A stretch of 64,000 nucleotides of DNA from NCBI RefSeq assembly GCF_001194135.2, contig NC_068990.1:58897458-58961457 (forward strand), written 5' to 3'. Position numbers and translations under genes: made by a program. Below the pieces are notes generated by a model. It did no database searches, was not told where the DNA came from, and saw only the letters and a list, made by a program, of their open reading frames with translations. Below are positions 1 to 14,623 of this stretch, piece by piece. Positions within the stretch are counted from its first letter, which is position 1. Each line of letters opens with the position of its first letter. The stretch is from Octopus bimaculoides (taxonomy: Eukaryota).

Positions 1-148
1 GGTTGGTTGGTTGGTTGGTTGGCTGGCTGGTTGGTTGGTTGGTTGGTTGGTTAGTTGGTTGGTTGGCTGGCTGGCTGGCTGGCTGGATGGCTGGCTGGCT
101 GGCTGGATGGATGGATGGATGGATGGATGGATGGGTGGGTGGGTGGTT
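1..148. repeat. Compound tetranucleotide microsatellite (GGTT)n-(GGCT)n-(GGAT)n-(GGGT)n
   Basis: Direct reading. Confidence 0.97.
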
Positions 149-1292
149 AGTAAACATTCGAGGATTTACTGTTACAGCATCCTTAATTACATAAATATTC
201 CACACTAAAAATATAAATCCAAAACAAGAAAATACATACATGAGCGAAGAAAGAAAAAAAAACGGAAGTTAGTTAGCAGTAAAATGTACAGTCACAATGT
301 CTCCATATCTACCGCACGAAAATTGATTATCTTCTGGTGGTTTCCAAATTGTTATTCTAAAGAAAACATAAATACCAACATTTTTGTGGGGTTTGGGTGG
401 GGAGCTTTTTATACTATTTTAGCTTTGTTTATTTATATTTTTGTAACCAATTTTGTCATAGACAGACGTTCCTTAAATATTCTACCGTTGCATTTGATTA
501 GTCAGCCATTTTTAATCATTAGCTTTTCAGTTGGCGCTGTCAGGAACACCTAAAACTGGTAGTGGAAACACAAGTCTTCACATCAAACTGAGTGCCAATG
601 AAGACTTACTATCATTTATCAGTCATTTGCTTTTGCTACACGTTGTACTGTGCAACAAACACAAATCTAAAACGAGACATAATTTTGACTTGAAAAGAAA
701 AGGAACCGCTACTAAAGTAGCTTTAGTAGCAGAGCCAAGAAAGTGTCAAGAACATACGGATTGAATGTCTATTGAAAGAATCCTCACAGTTCACTCTCAC
801 AGAAAGAAATATGCCGGCTTGTATTGTCATTAGGTATTCCTGTCATTTAGTTCCTATATAATGAAGCCATCGTTACTTTCAAAACGGAACTATCAGAAAA
901 TATGATTTCAGAAAACTTCTCAACAAAATATTCTAGTCTCTTTTACTTTCACTCATTTGTGTTTTTATAGCTACAATACTAAATTGCTAAAATGCTATCA
1001 AAGTCATAGATTACTATAGGTTTGTACTTAACGTGTTTACCCTTATGAAACAAGAATTCTATTTATGCAGTCTTAATTTTTAATTACAAATATTGATCTC
1101 AAATTTTGGTACAAGGCCTGCAATTTCGTAGAGAAAGTTAAGTCGATTACATCGACCCCAGTGCTCAACTGGTACTTATTTTATCGCCCCTGAAAGGATG
1201 AAAAGCAAAGTCGACCGTGGTGGAATTTGAGCTCAGAACGTTAAGACGGATGAAATACTGTTAGGAGTTTTGCCTGTTGTGCTAACGATTCT

Positions 1293-1382
1293 TATTTCTT
1301 TATTGCCTAAAAGGGGTTAAACATAGAGGGGACAAACAAGGACAGACAAAGAGATTAAGTCGATTACATCGACCCCAGTGCA
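1293..1382 (-). mobile_element. 5'-truncated SINE-B-core insert with an L1/Tx1-type tail, nested in another SINE
   Basis: 10-bp TSD taacgattct at 1283-1292 and 1383-1392. Confidence 0.75.
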
Positions 1383-1806
1383 TAACGATTCTGCCAGATT
1401 CTGGCAATATAGTAAAGGCATGTGACCTAGTGGTTAGGTTGTTGTACTCATGGTCGTCAGATCTTGGGCTCAGTTCCCGGACTGAGCAATGTGTTGTGTT
1501 TTTGAGCAAACACTTCATTTCGCGTTGCTATAGTCCACTCAGTTGTAAAGGGTCAGTACCAGTAAAAACTGGGGATCGATAAAATTCACTATTTCCCTCT
1601 ACCAAGAAGTTCCTGGCTTTGTGCCAAAGCTGGAAATAAATTTATTATATCCGTTGATAATTCTTTCTTTTTCTGGGTATAAGGTCTGAAATTTTAGAGA
1701 AGGGGTCTAGTTGATTACATCAATCCCAGTGCATGATTGATACTTATTTCAGCGACCCTGAAATGTTGAAAGGTAAAGTCAACCTTAGTGGAATATACAG
1801 AATATA

Positions 1807-2017
1807 CAAGGAGGTGCTGAAAAGCTCCTGCCTTTAAGAGTATCGCAAAATGTCTGGTTGGAGGCCCAACCTTCCAAGTTCCTACACAGGGCTTAGAAAA
1901 CTGAAGGATCGCTGCAACGAATGTGCAATAGATCGATGCAATAAATACGTTGGTGAACATCATAATCTTCCTGTATTTTCTTTTGCCCAAAGCCAGGAAG
2001 TTTTCAACACACCGTCG
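1807..2017. mobile_element. Mariner-type MITE nested in a SINE
   Basis: TA at 1805-1806 and 2018-2019; imperfect TIRs caaggaggtgctgaaaagctcctg / caggaagttttcaacacaccgtcg. Confidence 0.7.
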
Positions 2018-2706
2018 TAATGACGGGCGAAATACCACTGAGCATTTCATCCCGCGTGCTAATGATTCTACCAGCTCATCGCCTCAGTGTATCAATTGAT
2101 GATATAATTCATTTATTCATATCATAATCAACGAAAAGGTTTAGTATGCTTTTTTTTTTGTTTTGTTTTTTTGTTTTTTTTGTGTGTGCCTAGGGCTCAT
2201 AAGACCTGTTACCTGGCTTCTTTGGCATATAAGAGATTGAAATCACAACATTTCCCACTGAAAAGGTGAACAGGTCACCGATCCATTGCATGATTAAAGA
2301 CAAACAATGTTTGAGAGGAAGGGAGAAGTCGATTATATCAGCTCCGGTATTTGATTGGTACTTTATTTTATCAATCCCCAAAGGGATGAGTGCTAAGATT
2401 GACCTCGGAAGGATTTGAACTCAGAACATGAAAACCTGGAAGAAAGGCACCTAAGCATTCTGTCCGATGTGCTAACAATTCTGCCAGCTCACCACCTTTG
2501 CTGATAATTACAGAATGAGACCAAATATCCAGCAAAATTAGGACTGGAAGCCGCCTGAATATGAATTTTTAGATTTTCCATGTTTTTTTTCGTTTGGGTG
2601 GGAGGACTTAAATATATACTTAAAATTTAAGATAAACTATGAAAATTAACGAACTAAATTGTATCTAACAGATTCAAATTAATACATTTTTCAGCAGGGT
2701 CTGTTT

Positions 2707-3205
2707 CATCATCATCATCATCATCATCGTTTAACGTCCGCTTTCCATGCTGGCATGGGTTGAATGGTTTGACATGGAGCTAGCCAGCTGGGAGCTGTCC
2801 AAACTCTAAGTTTCTGTTGTCGCATGGTTTCTATGGTTGGATACCCTTCCTAACGCCAACCACTTAACAGAGTGTGCTGGGTGCATTTTATGTGCCATTG
2901 GCACGAGTGCGTTTAAGCAGCACCGTCACGGGTGCTTTAACACAGCACCAGCACGGGTACTTTTTAAGTAACACCGGTACCCGACAGAACAAGCCTGTAT
3001 GTGTGGAAGATATCGATTTTACTTAGCTTGGCCTGTCTTATCAAGTACAGAAAATCGCCACATCTCCCGGTCCCTTGTTATTTCTTCAATGAGGACAAGC
3101 GTCCGAAGATCCTTTCTCACCATGTCTTCCTAGGTCTACCCATTTCCACAGGTACCCTCCACAATTAGATTTCAGCACTTCATTATACAGTTGTCATCAT
3201 ATGCA
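2707..3205 (-). mobile_element. RTE 3' end with (CAT)n tail and short internal tandem units; related tails near 7480-7930, 53490-53625, 54330-54610, 60300-60470
   Basis: GRPRKTW remnant on the minus strand; shared tail tttaacgtccgctttccatgctggcatgggttg next to (CAT)n. Confidence 0.75.
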
Positions 3206-3536
3206 TCACCGGCACTCCTATTTATTGACCCACTTAAAATTCTTAAAATATATTATACTGTAGTACCATATATAATGTTTACAGGATGAAAAATAAATAA
3301 AGAAAAGTAAAGAACATGATTTTAGCAGAGTACATATAATAGTCATAACTTCACATGAAAAAGTAAATAATAAAACTATTCACCAACTTTAAAAACATAG
3401 TCTGTTTATTCAATATGGGGTACAGAATATTGCATGATATTTCGCATTATATCTGGATTTCTAGAAGTCGGAAAAGAGGTCCATATTTAGTCATAATATA
3501 ATTTATCTATTATCTATTTAAGTATCATTATTTATT

Positions 3537-3888
3537 AGACTGCGGTCATGCTAGGGCACTGCCTTGAAGAATTTTTAGTCAAACGAATCGACCCTGTGTA
3601 CATATTTTTTTTTTAGGTCTGGTACTTATTCTATCGGTCGCTTTTAATGAACCGCTAAGTTACGGGGCCGTAAGCACGCCAATACTGGTTGTTATGCAGT
3701 GGTGGAGAGACAAACACAAACAAACAACGGCTTCTTTTTGTTTCCGCCTACCAAATCCACTCACAAGGCTTTGGTTGGCCCGAAGCTTTCATAGAAGACA
3801 CTTGCCCAAGGTGCCATGCAATGGAACTGAACCCAGAACCATATGGCTGGGAAGCAAGCTTTTTACCACACAGCCACGCCTGCACCTA
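3537..3888 (-). mobile_element. SINE family A copy
   Basis: Reverse-complement match to family A. Confidence 0.85.
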
Positions 3889-3943
3889 TTGATAATATAC
3901 TCTAATCGCTTGATTGATATTATAATCTATTTGTTTATGCATG

Positions 3944-4265
3944 AAGGCACGTGGCTTAGTGGTTAGGACATTCGGCTCACGATTGTAAGGTCGTGAGTTC
4001 AATTCCCGGCGACGCGTTGTGCCCTTGAGCAAGACACTTTATTTCACGTTGCTACAGTCCACTCAGCTGCCAAAAATGAGTAGTACCTGTATTTCAAAGG
4101 GCCGGCCTTGTCACGCTCTGTGTCACGCTGAATCTCCCTGAGAACTACGTTAGCGATACACGTGTCTGTGGATTGCTCAGTCACTTGCACGTTAATTTCA
4201 GGAGCAAGCCGTTCCGTTGATCGTATCAGCTGGGACCCTTGTCGTCGTAACTGATGGAGTGCTCC
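3944..4265 (+). mobile_element. SINE family C representative (gtggcttagtggttagg head, ccttgagcaagacact core); copies at 25336-25685 (-), 27677-27998 (-), 56315-56638 (+)
   Basis: tRNA-like head with gagttcaattcc B box; colinear matches among copies. Confidence 0.88.
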
Positions 4266-5216
4266 ATTTGTTTATACATTGATATTACAATCAATTTATT
4301 TACAAATTGATTGATAATGTAATTATCTATTTATATTATAATCCATTTTTGATATTATCACCCACTTATTGATGATATAATATATTTATTGATATCATAA
4401 TCCATTTATTTATCAATTTATTGACATTAAAATCTATTCATTTATTGATTATGGATTGATAATGTCTATATTATAACTTATATACTGATAACATAATCTT
4501 TCTATTGATATTATAATCTGCTTATTAATACCATAGTTTATCTAATGGCATTATAATTTATTTATTCACAGATGTTTTAATCTATTGATCATTAGATATT
4601 ATAATCTATTTGTTTATCTTCCAATATATAATTTATTCAATTATTTATTTATTTATCAACATTATATATACTATTTATTGGTAAATTGTGTGATATTAAA
4701 ATCTAAGATCCGCTAAAGGTGATGAGCTGGCTGAAACATTACCGCGCCAGGAAAAATGCTAGCAGCATTTGGCCCTCTTAACGTTCTGAGTTCAAATTCC
4801 ACCAAGGTCACTTTTGCCTTTCATCCTTTCGGGGTCATGAAAATAAGCACCATGACCGTGTGCCAAAATTTGAAACCAATATTATCATCCATTTATAGAT
4901 ATTGTAATTATTTTTCATTACTATGATCGATGAATACAATAAATATAATCTATTGGTTGATATTATATTCTATATATTGTTATAATAAACTATTTATTGA
5001 TATCTATATTCTGTAGAACTATCATCATCAAGCATTAAGCACTGTGGAGTCTGCATATATATATATATATACAATTAAACCTTGGGAGAGGCATTATGCC
5101 GGTAATAAACACACGCACTGGTTCAGTCCTTTATTAATTTATATAATTGTATTTAATTGTATTTCTTTCAACACACGTATCCACATCAAGAATCTTGCAC
5201 ACGAAATACACATACG

Positions 5217-5251
<35 letters not shown>

Positions 5252-6579
5252 NNNNNNNNNNNNNNNNNNNNNNNNNNNNNNNNNNNNNNNNNNNNNNNNN
5301 NNNNNNNNNNNNNNNNNNNNNNNNNNNNNNNNNNNNNNNNNNNNNNNNNNNNNNNNNNNNNNNNNNNNNNNNNNNNNNNNNNNNNNNNNNNNNNNNNNNN
5401 NNNNNNNNNNNNNNNNNNNNNNNNNNNNNNNNNNNNNNNNNNNNNNNNNNNNNNNNNNNNNNNNNNNNNNNNNNNNNNNNNNNNNNNNNNNNNNNNNNNN
5501 NNNNNNNNNNNNNNNNNNNNNNNNNNNNNNNNNNNNNNNNNNNNNNNNNNNNNNNNNNNNNNNNNNNNNNNNNNNNNNNNNNNNNNNNNNNNNNNNNNNN
5601 NNNNNNNNNNNNNNNNNNNNNNNNNNNNNNNNNNNNNNNNNNNNNNNNNNNNNNNNNNNNNNNNNNNNNNNNNNNNNNNNNNNNNNNNNNNNNNNNNNNN
5701 NNNNNNNNNNNNNNNNNNNNNNNNNNNNNNNNNNNNNNNNNNNNNNNNNNNNNNNNNNNNNNNNNNNNNNNNNNNNNNNNNNNNNNNNNNNNNNNNNNNN
5801 NNNNNNNNNNNNNNNNNNNNNNNNNNNNNNNNNNNNNNNNNNNNNNNNNNNNNNNNNNNNNNNNNNNNNNNNNNNNNNNNNNNNNNNNNNNNNNNNNNNN
5901 NNNNNNNNNNNNNNNNNNNNNNNNNNNNNNNNNNNNNNNNNNNNNNNNNNATATATATATATATATGATTGAACGCTACTCATCTTCTTCCAAGTAAGTT
6001 TTATCTAAATAATTCTGATGCGCATTCTATACGATCTTTTTACTCTTTCGTTTTTCTCTCTTTCTCTCTCTTATTTTTTTTACCTCCTCTTCTCCCACTA
6101 TTCTTACCTATTACTGTCACTCTCTCTCCCTCACTCCTCCTCCCTTGCTCATGTGGCTCCCATGTCACCATCGACCATCTTTCTTTCTTCTCCTAATTTG
6201 TTTCTTTCTTTCTCTCCGTTGTAGCTGGAACAAAGAAGACATGTTCTTGTCTGTCTCCTGTCCAAGCTTGATTTAGCAGCCCTTCCTGTTTGTTTTTACT
6301 CTCCTGTTTGTGTTACCAATTTTGACCCTCCACAAAATCCCAAATTTTATTTAATTTGCTTTGAGGGAGCAACTGTTTTATCGAAAGCGTATATTGTTGT
6401 TAAATACTCGAAATACGAGAGTAGAAAAACAAACAACAACTGATGAAGGGTCGTTCTTTGTGTTGTTTATCTTGTTTTCCATTTGTGTCTTTCATTGTTC
6501 CAAACAATCATTCATATTCCATGTACTCGTACTTGGTACTTTTTGTTGTACACGTTTCGTGACATCTTGTGCCCACATA

Positions 6580-6617
<38 letters not shown>

Positions 6618-6779
6618 NNNNNNNNNNNNNNNNNNNNNNNNNNNNNNNNNNNNNNNNNNNNNNNNNNNNNNNNNNNNNNNNNNNNNNNNNNNNNNNNNNN
6701 NNNNNNNNNNNNNNNNNNNNNNNNNNNNNNNNNNNNNNNNNNNNNNNNNNNNNNNNNNNNNNNNNNNNNNNNNNNNNNN

Positions 6780-6814
<35 letters not shown>

Positions 6815-8309
6815 TTAGTGACTGTGTTTGTCACCCAGCACTGCTTGGCAACAGTTCGACTAAAATTCTTCAAGGCAGTGCTCCAGCATGACTGCAGTCT
6901 AATAATTGGAACAAGTAGAGGATGAAAGATAAAAGATAGGAGGATAAAAGACAAATTTGGCCATGGTAAGATTTGATCTTAGAATTCAGAATGCTGCAAC
7001 AAACATCACAAGACACTCTGACGATTCGGCCACCACAATCTTTGTTGAAGTGTGGTGACCTCAATGACCCTGAAAGCTATACCAGTGGAGCATAAGCTCC
7101 TATTACGGTCTGCCATGCTGGACAGGTCAAAAGACAGAGCCCAGATTAATAAGGACCTCTTCCCAAAGGTAAAAATAGGTTTGCATAGAGCCGACATATC
7201 TACTTAGTCGAAAAAAAAAATGATTTACAGAAGAATTGATAACAATTCAAAACCAACAGAACTTGAGAAAGGAAGGCCTCATCCCCTGGAAACACATGCT
7301 TGAAGCATAAGTGGGGATGTGACACGTGAGTGAGGTGGAAGAAAGACTGAAAAGCAGAGATCCACATGAAGAGACACCACAGAGTCAAAATCCGTACAGA
7401 AAAGTCATCAAGGGCTTATCCTCCAAAGTGAAAGGTATAAGTAAGCGTCTGATGGTTCTACCAATTTACCCAGTGAGATTCATCATCATTATCATCTTCA
7501 TTATCATTATCATCTTCATTATCCTCATCATCACCATTTAATGTCTGTTTTCCATGCTAGCATGGGTTGGACAGTTTGACTGGAGCTGAGAAGCAGGAGG
7601 GCTGCACCAGGCCCCTGCCATCTGTTTTGCCATGGTTTCTACAGCTGGATGCCCTTCCTCGTGCTAACCACTTTGAAAAAGAGTATACTGGGAGTTTTTA
7701 AATGGCAACAACACAGGCATTTTTTATGTGCCACCAGCACAGGTGCTTTTTATGTGACATAAGCACCAGCGGACCCACAATGTAACTTACAAGACAAAGA
7801 GCGCTTAGTTGAGATTCTTGTCTCGGAAATTATTTGGTTAATTTGCTTGGGCTGTTGCTGGTGCCACATAAAACTCAACTCTGCTGGTGTCACATAAAAA
7901 GCACCCCTGCTAGTGTCGCAGCTTATGCTCCGTAGTGAAAAGCTTAAGTAAGTAAGCATGACGATTCTACCAGTTTTCCCAATGCAATTAATTTTTAAAA
8001 CTTTATTGTTGCTATTATTGTTTTCTAATGGATGTATATCTCTGTGTTTCTTTTATGATTATTCGGACATAAATGGACTGACTGTTCACCATTCACTTAA
8101 ATTGAGCCCCTCGGTCAATAAGGATGAAATCATTGATGTCAGAGACACTTTGGAGTAACATCCAGTCTTTACTTTTCATAGTTTGAACAAAAACACCATT
8201 AGTCTCATTACAGTATCTCTTTCTTTCACTCTCTTTTTCTGTTTCTTTCACACGGGCACACTCTCGCTTACTCCCTAACTTTGTTTTTCTCATGCCCTCT
8301 CTTTCTCTA

Positions 8310-8467
8310 TATACATATATACATACACACATACATACACACACATATACATACATACATACATACATACATACATGCATTCATACATACATACATTCAT
8401 ACATACACACACACATACATACATACATACACACATACATACATGCATTCATACATACATACATACA

Positions 8468-8498
<31 letters not shown>

Positions 8499-8500
8499 CA
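8310..8500. repeat. (TACA)n microsatellite
   Basis: Direct reading. Confidence 0.95.
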
Positions 8501-9054
8501 ACATATATAGATTAAAGGTAGACGTGAGTGTATATATATATACATATATACATATACATAGCTGTAGCTAAATCTATAGATATGGATATATATAGGTATA
8601 TCACTTGATCACATTATCAACCAGATTATCACATGTTAAACATCACTGGTCACAATGTGCTTTTTGCATTGTTTTAGCCTTCAAATGACGCCATCCTGGT
8701 GGTTAGGTGAGCAAGCCAACAATTCTCCCTTATCGAAGGGAGACTGGAGCAATGTGAAATGAAGTGTTTTGCTCAAGAACACAACGTACCACCTACTCAG
8801 GAAATTGCCTCTACATATACAGATATATAGCTATCAATATATGCATATATGCACACAGACACATACAGCCGTGACCAAAAGTTTGGAACATTCTTTTTTT
8901 AACTAAGATACTTTAGGCTCAAGTACGATTCGATTCAAATATATACAATATAGAAATATACCTACCCAATAACTGAGTCAATGGTTCAATATCTGGAAGA
9001 AAAAATTTTCAGACTTGTGTTCGTTCCAAACATTTGGTCACGATTGTATCTATG

Positions 9055-9270
<216 letters not shown>

Positions 9271-10777
9271 TATAATCCAGACGTACACATATCTATATAC
9301 TAACACACATTCTGGTTTCTCATTCTCTCTATACCTTTCACTATCTAATGCCCAAAATCATTATCTCTCTCTCTCTCTCTCTCTCTATCTCTATCTATCT
9401 ATCTATCTATCTCTATCTCTCTATATCTATCTATCTATATATCTATCCCACCTTCTCCTCCGTTCTTATTCCTTATCGTTTCTTCCGAACCCTTTCACTT
9501 TCACTTTCACTCAGTACAGCTACGTTACAACTTGCTTCAGTCTCTCCTAACAACAAACAACACAACAGCCAACACTTTAACCAATAAACCAGACACACTG
9601 ACAGAACAACAACTGTCTGGATAAATTCAGCTAAACCAAACTAACTCGATGCACCCGTTTGCTAAACAGCTAAAGATCCTTTGCTCTCCACTTTATATAA
9701 TAACTACAGATTAAGCAGCTACACTATTGCTGCCAAAGCTTCGAAAAAGTCAAAAAGGTCATTACATCAGCAGTTGTTAGTCTCTAATTATCTCCGACTT
9801 CTCAGATCTTCATCCCCACCAACACCAGCATCTTGTCTGTATAGAGATCATGCAATTTATCTAGATTTACAACAGAAATGGAATTTTATTCTTAATTCAT
9901 GAAACTCTACGTCCTCTTTTAACCCAGGCTTTCACAATTCACATTTCACAAATCTGTAGACATGTAGTAGTCAGTTTGGAATTTAACATGTACGTATGCA
10001 TGTGTGTATGTACGTATGTATGCATGTATGTATGAGCATGCATCTATGTGTGTGTGTGTGTGTATACATATATGTACATGTATGTAAATGTGTGTGCGCG
10101 AGTGTGTGTGTACATATATATATGTATATATATATGTATATATATACATGTATGTGAGTATATATGTGTGTATACATACACACACACACACATATATATA
10201 TACACGTATATATACACACACATACCAATAAACAGATAAAAGCATACATATAGGTATACATATATAGGGGTATGTATGCATATATACATATACATATATT
10301 TATATATANNNNNNNNNNNNNNNNNNNNNNNNNNNNNNNNNNNNNNNNNNNNNNNNNNNNNNNNNNNNNNNNNNNNNNNNNNNNNNNNNNNNNNNNNNNN
10401 NNNNNNNNNNNNNNNNNNNNNNNNNNNNNNNNNNNNNNNNNNNNNNNNNNNNNNNNNNNNNNNNNNNNNNNNNNNNNNNNNNNNNNNNNNNNNNNNNNNN
10501 NNNNNNNNNNNNNNNNNNNNNNNNNNNNNNNNNNNNNNNNNNNNNNNNNNNNNNNNNNNNNNNNNNNNNNNNNNNNNNNNNNNNNNNNNNNNNNNNNNNN
10601 NNNNNNNNNNNNNNNNNNNNNNNNNNNNNNNNNNNNNNNNNNNNNNNNNNNNNNNNNNNNNNNNNNNCATCGCTACCACCTCCCCATTATCCTCCGCCTC
10701 CCACATCCCTGTCACTCATTTTCCATCGCATCCCACACAACAAAACCACAACCACCACCACCACCTCTTTTCTTAAA

Positions 10778-10815
<38 letters not shown>

Positions 10816-11229
10816 GACAATGATAATAACAGCAACAACAATAACAACAGCAATATCTACCGTAATCTGCCAAATTTCACGTCTTATCTAATTCACTGAC
10901 AATTTACACTTTAAGTAAGAAGTTTACAATTTGATTGCTTAGCTCTGTTATTAACTGATGCCAGAGAAGGCAAAGCCGTGTGCATTTGAGTGCAATCACG
11001 GCTGAAGTTGCTGCAACATCTTACCAACCAACCGGCCATCCGCATCCTCTCTAGCCCCACCCACCAGCATTTCCAATTTAAATATCTTCACTAGATTATT
11101 TAATACAAATTTTAGAATCAATATTCGCATCTCTCCTATTGTCATTGCATAACATGTTGAAATAAATGACTGATTTACACACAACATTACCTCTACCTGA
11201 CCCTTACATTCCCTCATCCCACCCATCAA

Positions 11230-11384
11230 ACTCCATCTCTCTCTCACTCTCTCTCTTTCCCTCTCTCTCATACACACACACACACACACACACATACGCA
11301 CATGCACACATACAGGGTATCGTCTCTCACAAAAAAGGTCCACACATAGATGTAAGCACTCGCACACACACACACACACACACA

Positions 11385-11432
<48 letters not shown>

Positions 11433-11437
11433 TTCTT

Positions 11438-11474
<37 letters not shown>

Positions 11475-11510
11475 TTCTTTCTCTCTCTGTCTCTTTCTCT
11501 CTCACAGACA
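11230..11510. repeat. Compound (CT)n/(CA)n microsatellite
   Basis: Direct reading. Confidence 0.95.
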
Positions 11511-11657
11511 TACGCACACATTACACATGCAAACATACGTCACATACTCATATAAGCAGCAAACAGAACACGCACGTACACACCACACACACACATACTC
11601 ACATCCCATTTCAAATCACACATAAATATATACACAAAAGCATAAACACACACACAC

Positions 11658-11811
11658 AGAGCCGGATTAAGATTTCGTAGGTCTCTGAGTTACAGATACT
11701 GAGAGGTCCTAGTGATATTTTCAACAACTTTTCACTTAATCCCTGGAGGCCCTCCAGCTGGCCTAAGTTCCTGGGTTGCAGTTCTTAAAGCCCATACCTT
11801 AATCCGGTTCT
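11658..11811. mobile_element. Short MITE inserted in a (CA)n tract
   Basis: 14-bp TIRs agagccggattaag / cttaatccggttct (13/14). Confidence 0.6.
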
Positions 11812-12620
11812 ACACACTTGCATATCACATAGACATAAGCACATACGCACGTGAACTCACACAGATGAATACCAGCCCATAAACACATACAAAAACGCAT
11901 AAATTATTACACATATACGCACATGGACTCACATATCACATGCTCACATTAAGAGCAAAGTGAAACAAAAACGATTACTTTTGATAAGCGAATATGGTGA
12001 AATCTAGCAGCATGAGATCTACGCTGTATTATTATTTTATCAATTCTGAGAAGATTAAAAGAAAGGGGGAAAAAATCTTGGGTTAACTTGCCAGGTGAGG
12101 AGTTCTCGAGTAGCTAGAGGGAGCGAAAGGGGCGGTAGGCTCCTGGTGACACCACTTTTAGGTCTGCTGTAGGCAATATGTACTTTTTGTGGGGCCTATG
12201 GGTGGAAAACTGAATCCACACATATACACACGCGCGCGGCAGCACACACACTAGTTACGCTAGTGGTGAGGAAGGTGTTGCAGACACCTTGCAGGACTAA
12301 AAACATGACCTTCAAGAGAAGGATGAGCTCATTGTGATCCAATAGCCATCCACACAAGTGGTGTCTCCTAAACACATCCTGCGTATGGCTTAGCAAACCT
12401 TACACCTGGACCAAGATCATAACTACAAAATCTATAATGAAGGACCGACCTACTGTGCTCTAGAATTAGAGTCGACGTCCATGAGCGAAGTAGCGTAGAT
12501 TGAGAATTTGCATTTTACCTTTGTAAGAAAAAAAATGATAAATAAACATGAAAGTAGATTGTCCTAAATATACCAAGCTATTAACCATTCACTCAGTTTT
12601 TATTGACTCAAAAGATGATG

Positions 12621-13494
12621 GCATCCATGCACAGACTACAGAAGGGCGTTGGATGCTCTCACCAAGAAGAAACTTAGGCGACAATGTGGGACTAGTGATG
12701 ATTTATTTACACCAGATCCTCATGTGTTTCGATGCATGACCAAACAAATTACGAGATCGAGAAAAATTATTCACGGATCTCATTTTGTGCATCATTGACT
12801 ATTTTCTTTTCCCATAAATCTGATTGTTTTTATCTTATATAAAATGTACAGTTTTCATGTTATTTAAAACATATATACGTTCTATACATTGGTTATATCA
12901 CATACATCATTTGCATGAAATTGTGGGATGTCACTATTATCACTTTTGGTTTCTGTAGCAATTTGCTTTCATTTTTTAGGACAATTTATTTTCACTTTTT
13001 TAAAACGGTAAACTGCATGTTAACCGTAAGTGGTTCACAGGCATTTGTAAACCTGTGTTTCCAAACCTGAGGACTATGATAGCAGTTAACAGGCAGTTTA
13101 CCGTCCTAAAATAGTGAAAGTAAATTGTCCTTAAAAAATGAAAGTAAATTACGTCAGAAACCGAAAGTGATGAGTGACATCCTGGGATTTTATGTAAATA
13201 CTGTTTGCGACGTACCAATGTATCAAATATATAAACATTCATACATTTAATATAACATGTAAACCGTACGTATATTTTATATGAAATGAAAACAATTATA
13301 TTTCTGGGAAAATGTAAGTCACTGATGCATGAAATGAAAATCGTGAATAGTTTTTCTCGGTCTCTAAACTTGTTTCACCACACGTCACAACACATGAACA
13401 TATTATGCAAAAAATTCATCACTAGACCCACATTGTCGCCTAAGTTTCTGCTGGCTGAGCACTTATCGCCCTTCTGTAGTTTGTGTATAGATGC
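12621..13494. repeat. About 875-bp diverged foldback (about 405-bp arms, 60-bp spacer)
   Basis: Arms 12621-13024 and 13085-13494; exact inverted words include the 22-mer 12669-12690/13427-13448. Confidence 0.9.
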
Positions 13495-14623
13495 TGCTAT
13501 CATTTAGATCAGGAGTTCTCAACTTTTTTTTATTTAGGGAACGCTTTGATTACTATTTTATTCTGGTGAACCCCCATAGCCATTCAAAGAGCCCTCGCAA
13601 AATTCAGTCAAATCTCAGAAAAATTCGGGAATTAGATGAATGGGCTTACACGGGTTTAATGAAGAGGGCTTTACAACTCCAACTCTTTCTTCCTAAAATT
13701 TTCTGCTATTGTCTAATTCTTTAAAACTTACACACAAAAACATACAAAATGCACATTCAATATCTTTAGTTCCCTCACGATAGAAAAAAAAACATTTGAC
13801 GCTTTGATGATATTTTATTCATGAATAATAAATTATAATTTATCATTCGTGAATAAAGTATCAGATTTGCATTGAAAAGTCTTGTAAGAATTAAATATTA
13901 CGTTACTGCTTTGAAGTTCATATATTCGGTGACAATCCCTAAGGGTTATCTTTAAAAATTGACAATAGAGTATGATTTGAGAAAGATTTCGCTGTTATTA
14001 TGAGCAGGACGAATGCCAACTTACTTCTCCGCATTGGCACTGTTTCTGGGTTGAGCGTCTGTTATCTTGTATTTCCTTTGTAACCCCAAAAGAGAGTGAT
14101 TTGAGAGATATTTTATTGCTATTTTTTGCACTTCAAACAACCACATGGGGGCTCATTTTTAACCAAGGGAGAAAGAAATGAGTAGGAAACAGTAGTTAAA
14201 AGGTAAAGAGAAACCATTTTAAGAGAGACTCAAAACCGCCTCTAGCCTGCTTGATACAGCAGCTGAATTGCCCTCAAAATTACACTATGTCGTCCCTTTG
14301 TAAAAGGAAAACAAATTTTTAAAAATCATTGGATAATGTGTTCTTGGATACATTATATCTCCGAACAAGCAAATGAGACAAAACGAAAGAAATTTTTTGA
14401 AGAAACCCAGTCAAATACTGAAGACCAGAGATATGTCTGGAGTCATTATTTCAGAATATGCTTTTTGTCGTTGTTGATGAGTCTACGAAGGAAATCTGAA
14501 GCTGCAAAGAAAATTTCTTACTTTCCTTTATTCCTTCGGAAATCAGTACTTGTCTATATCAGAAAATGCTTTGACTAGAAAAATAGGCATTCCTACACAT
14601 ATGTGCCCCTCCGACTTCGTTGC

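Noticed and set aside
531-764. ORF after a ttttcag acceptor-like site, and similar unique-looking stretches at 6990-7450
   Set aside because: No recognisable homology and no consistent exon chain
3944-4020. tRNA-like sequences at SINE heads (also 46073, 49003, 58100-58175)
   Set aside because: A/B boxes are present, but they continue into multi-copy SINE bodies and I could not fold a full cloverleaf; not called as tRNA genes
4716-4750. SINE B head gtgatgagctggcagaaacgtt resembling a hammerhead core
   Set aside because: C3 is absent and there is no stem II; better explained as a tRNA A box
5044-5997. Long ORFs spanning N runs (also near 10.3, 15.6, 25.7, 28.0, 32.3, 36.4 and 39.6 kb)
   Set aside because: Open only because N codons contain no stops; these are assembly gaps
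6361-6460. CTGATGAAGGG at 6440 and ctttgag...gaaagcgt at 6358-6390 as further hammerheads
   Set aside because: No matching stem II plus GAAA could be paired with either
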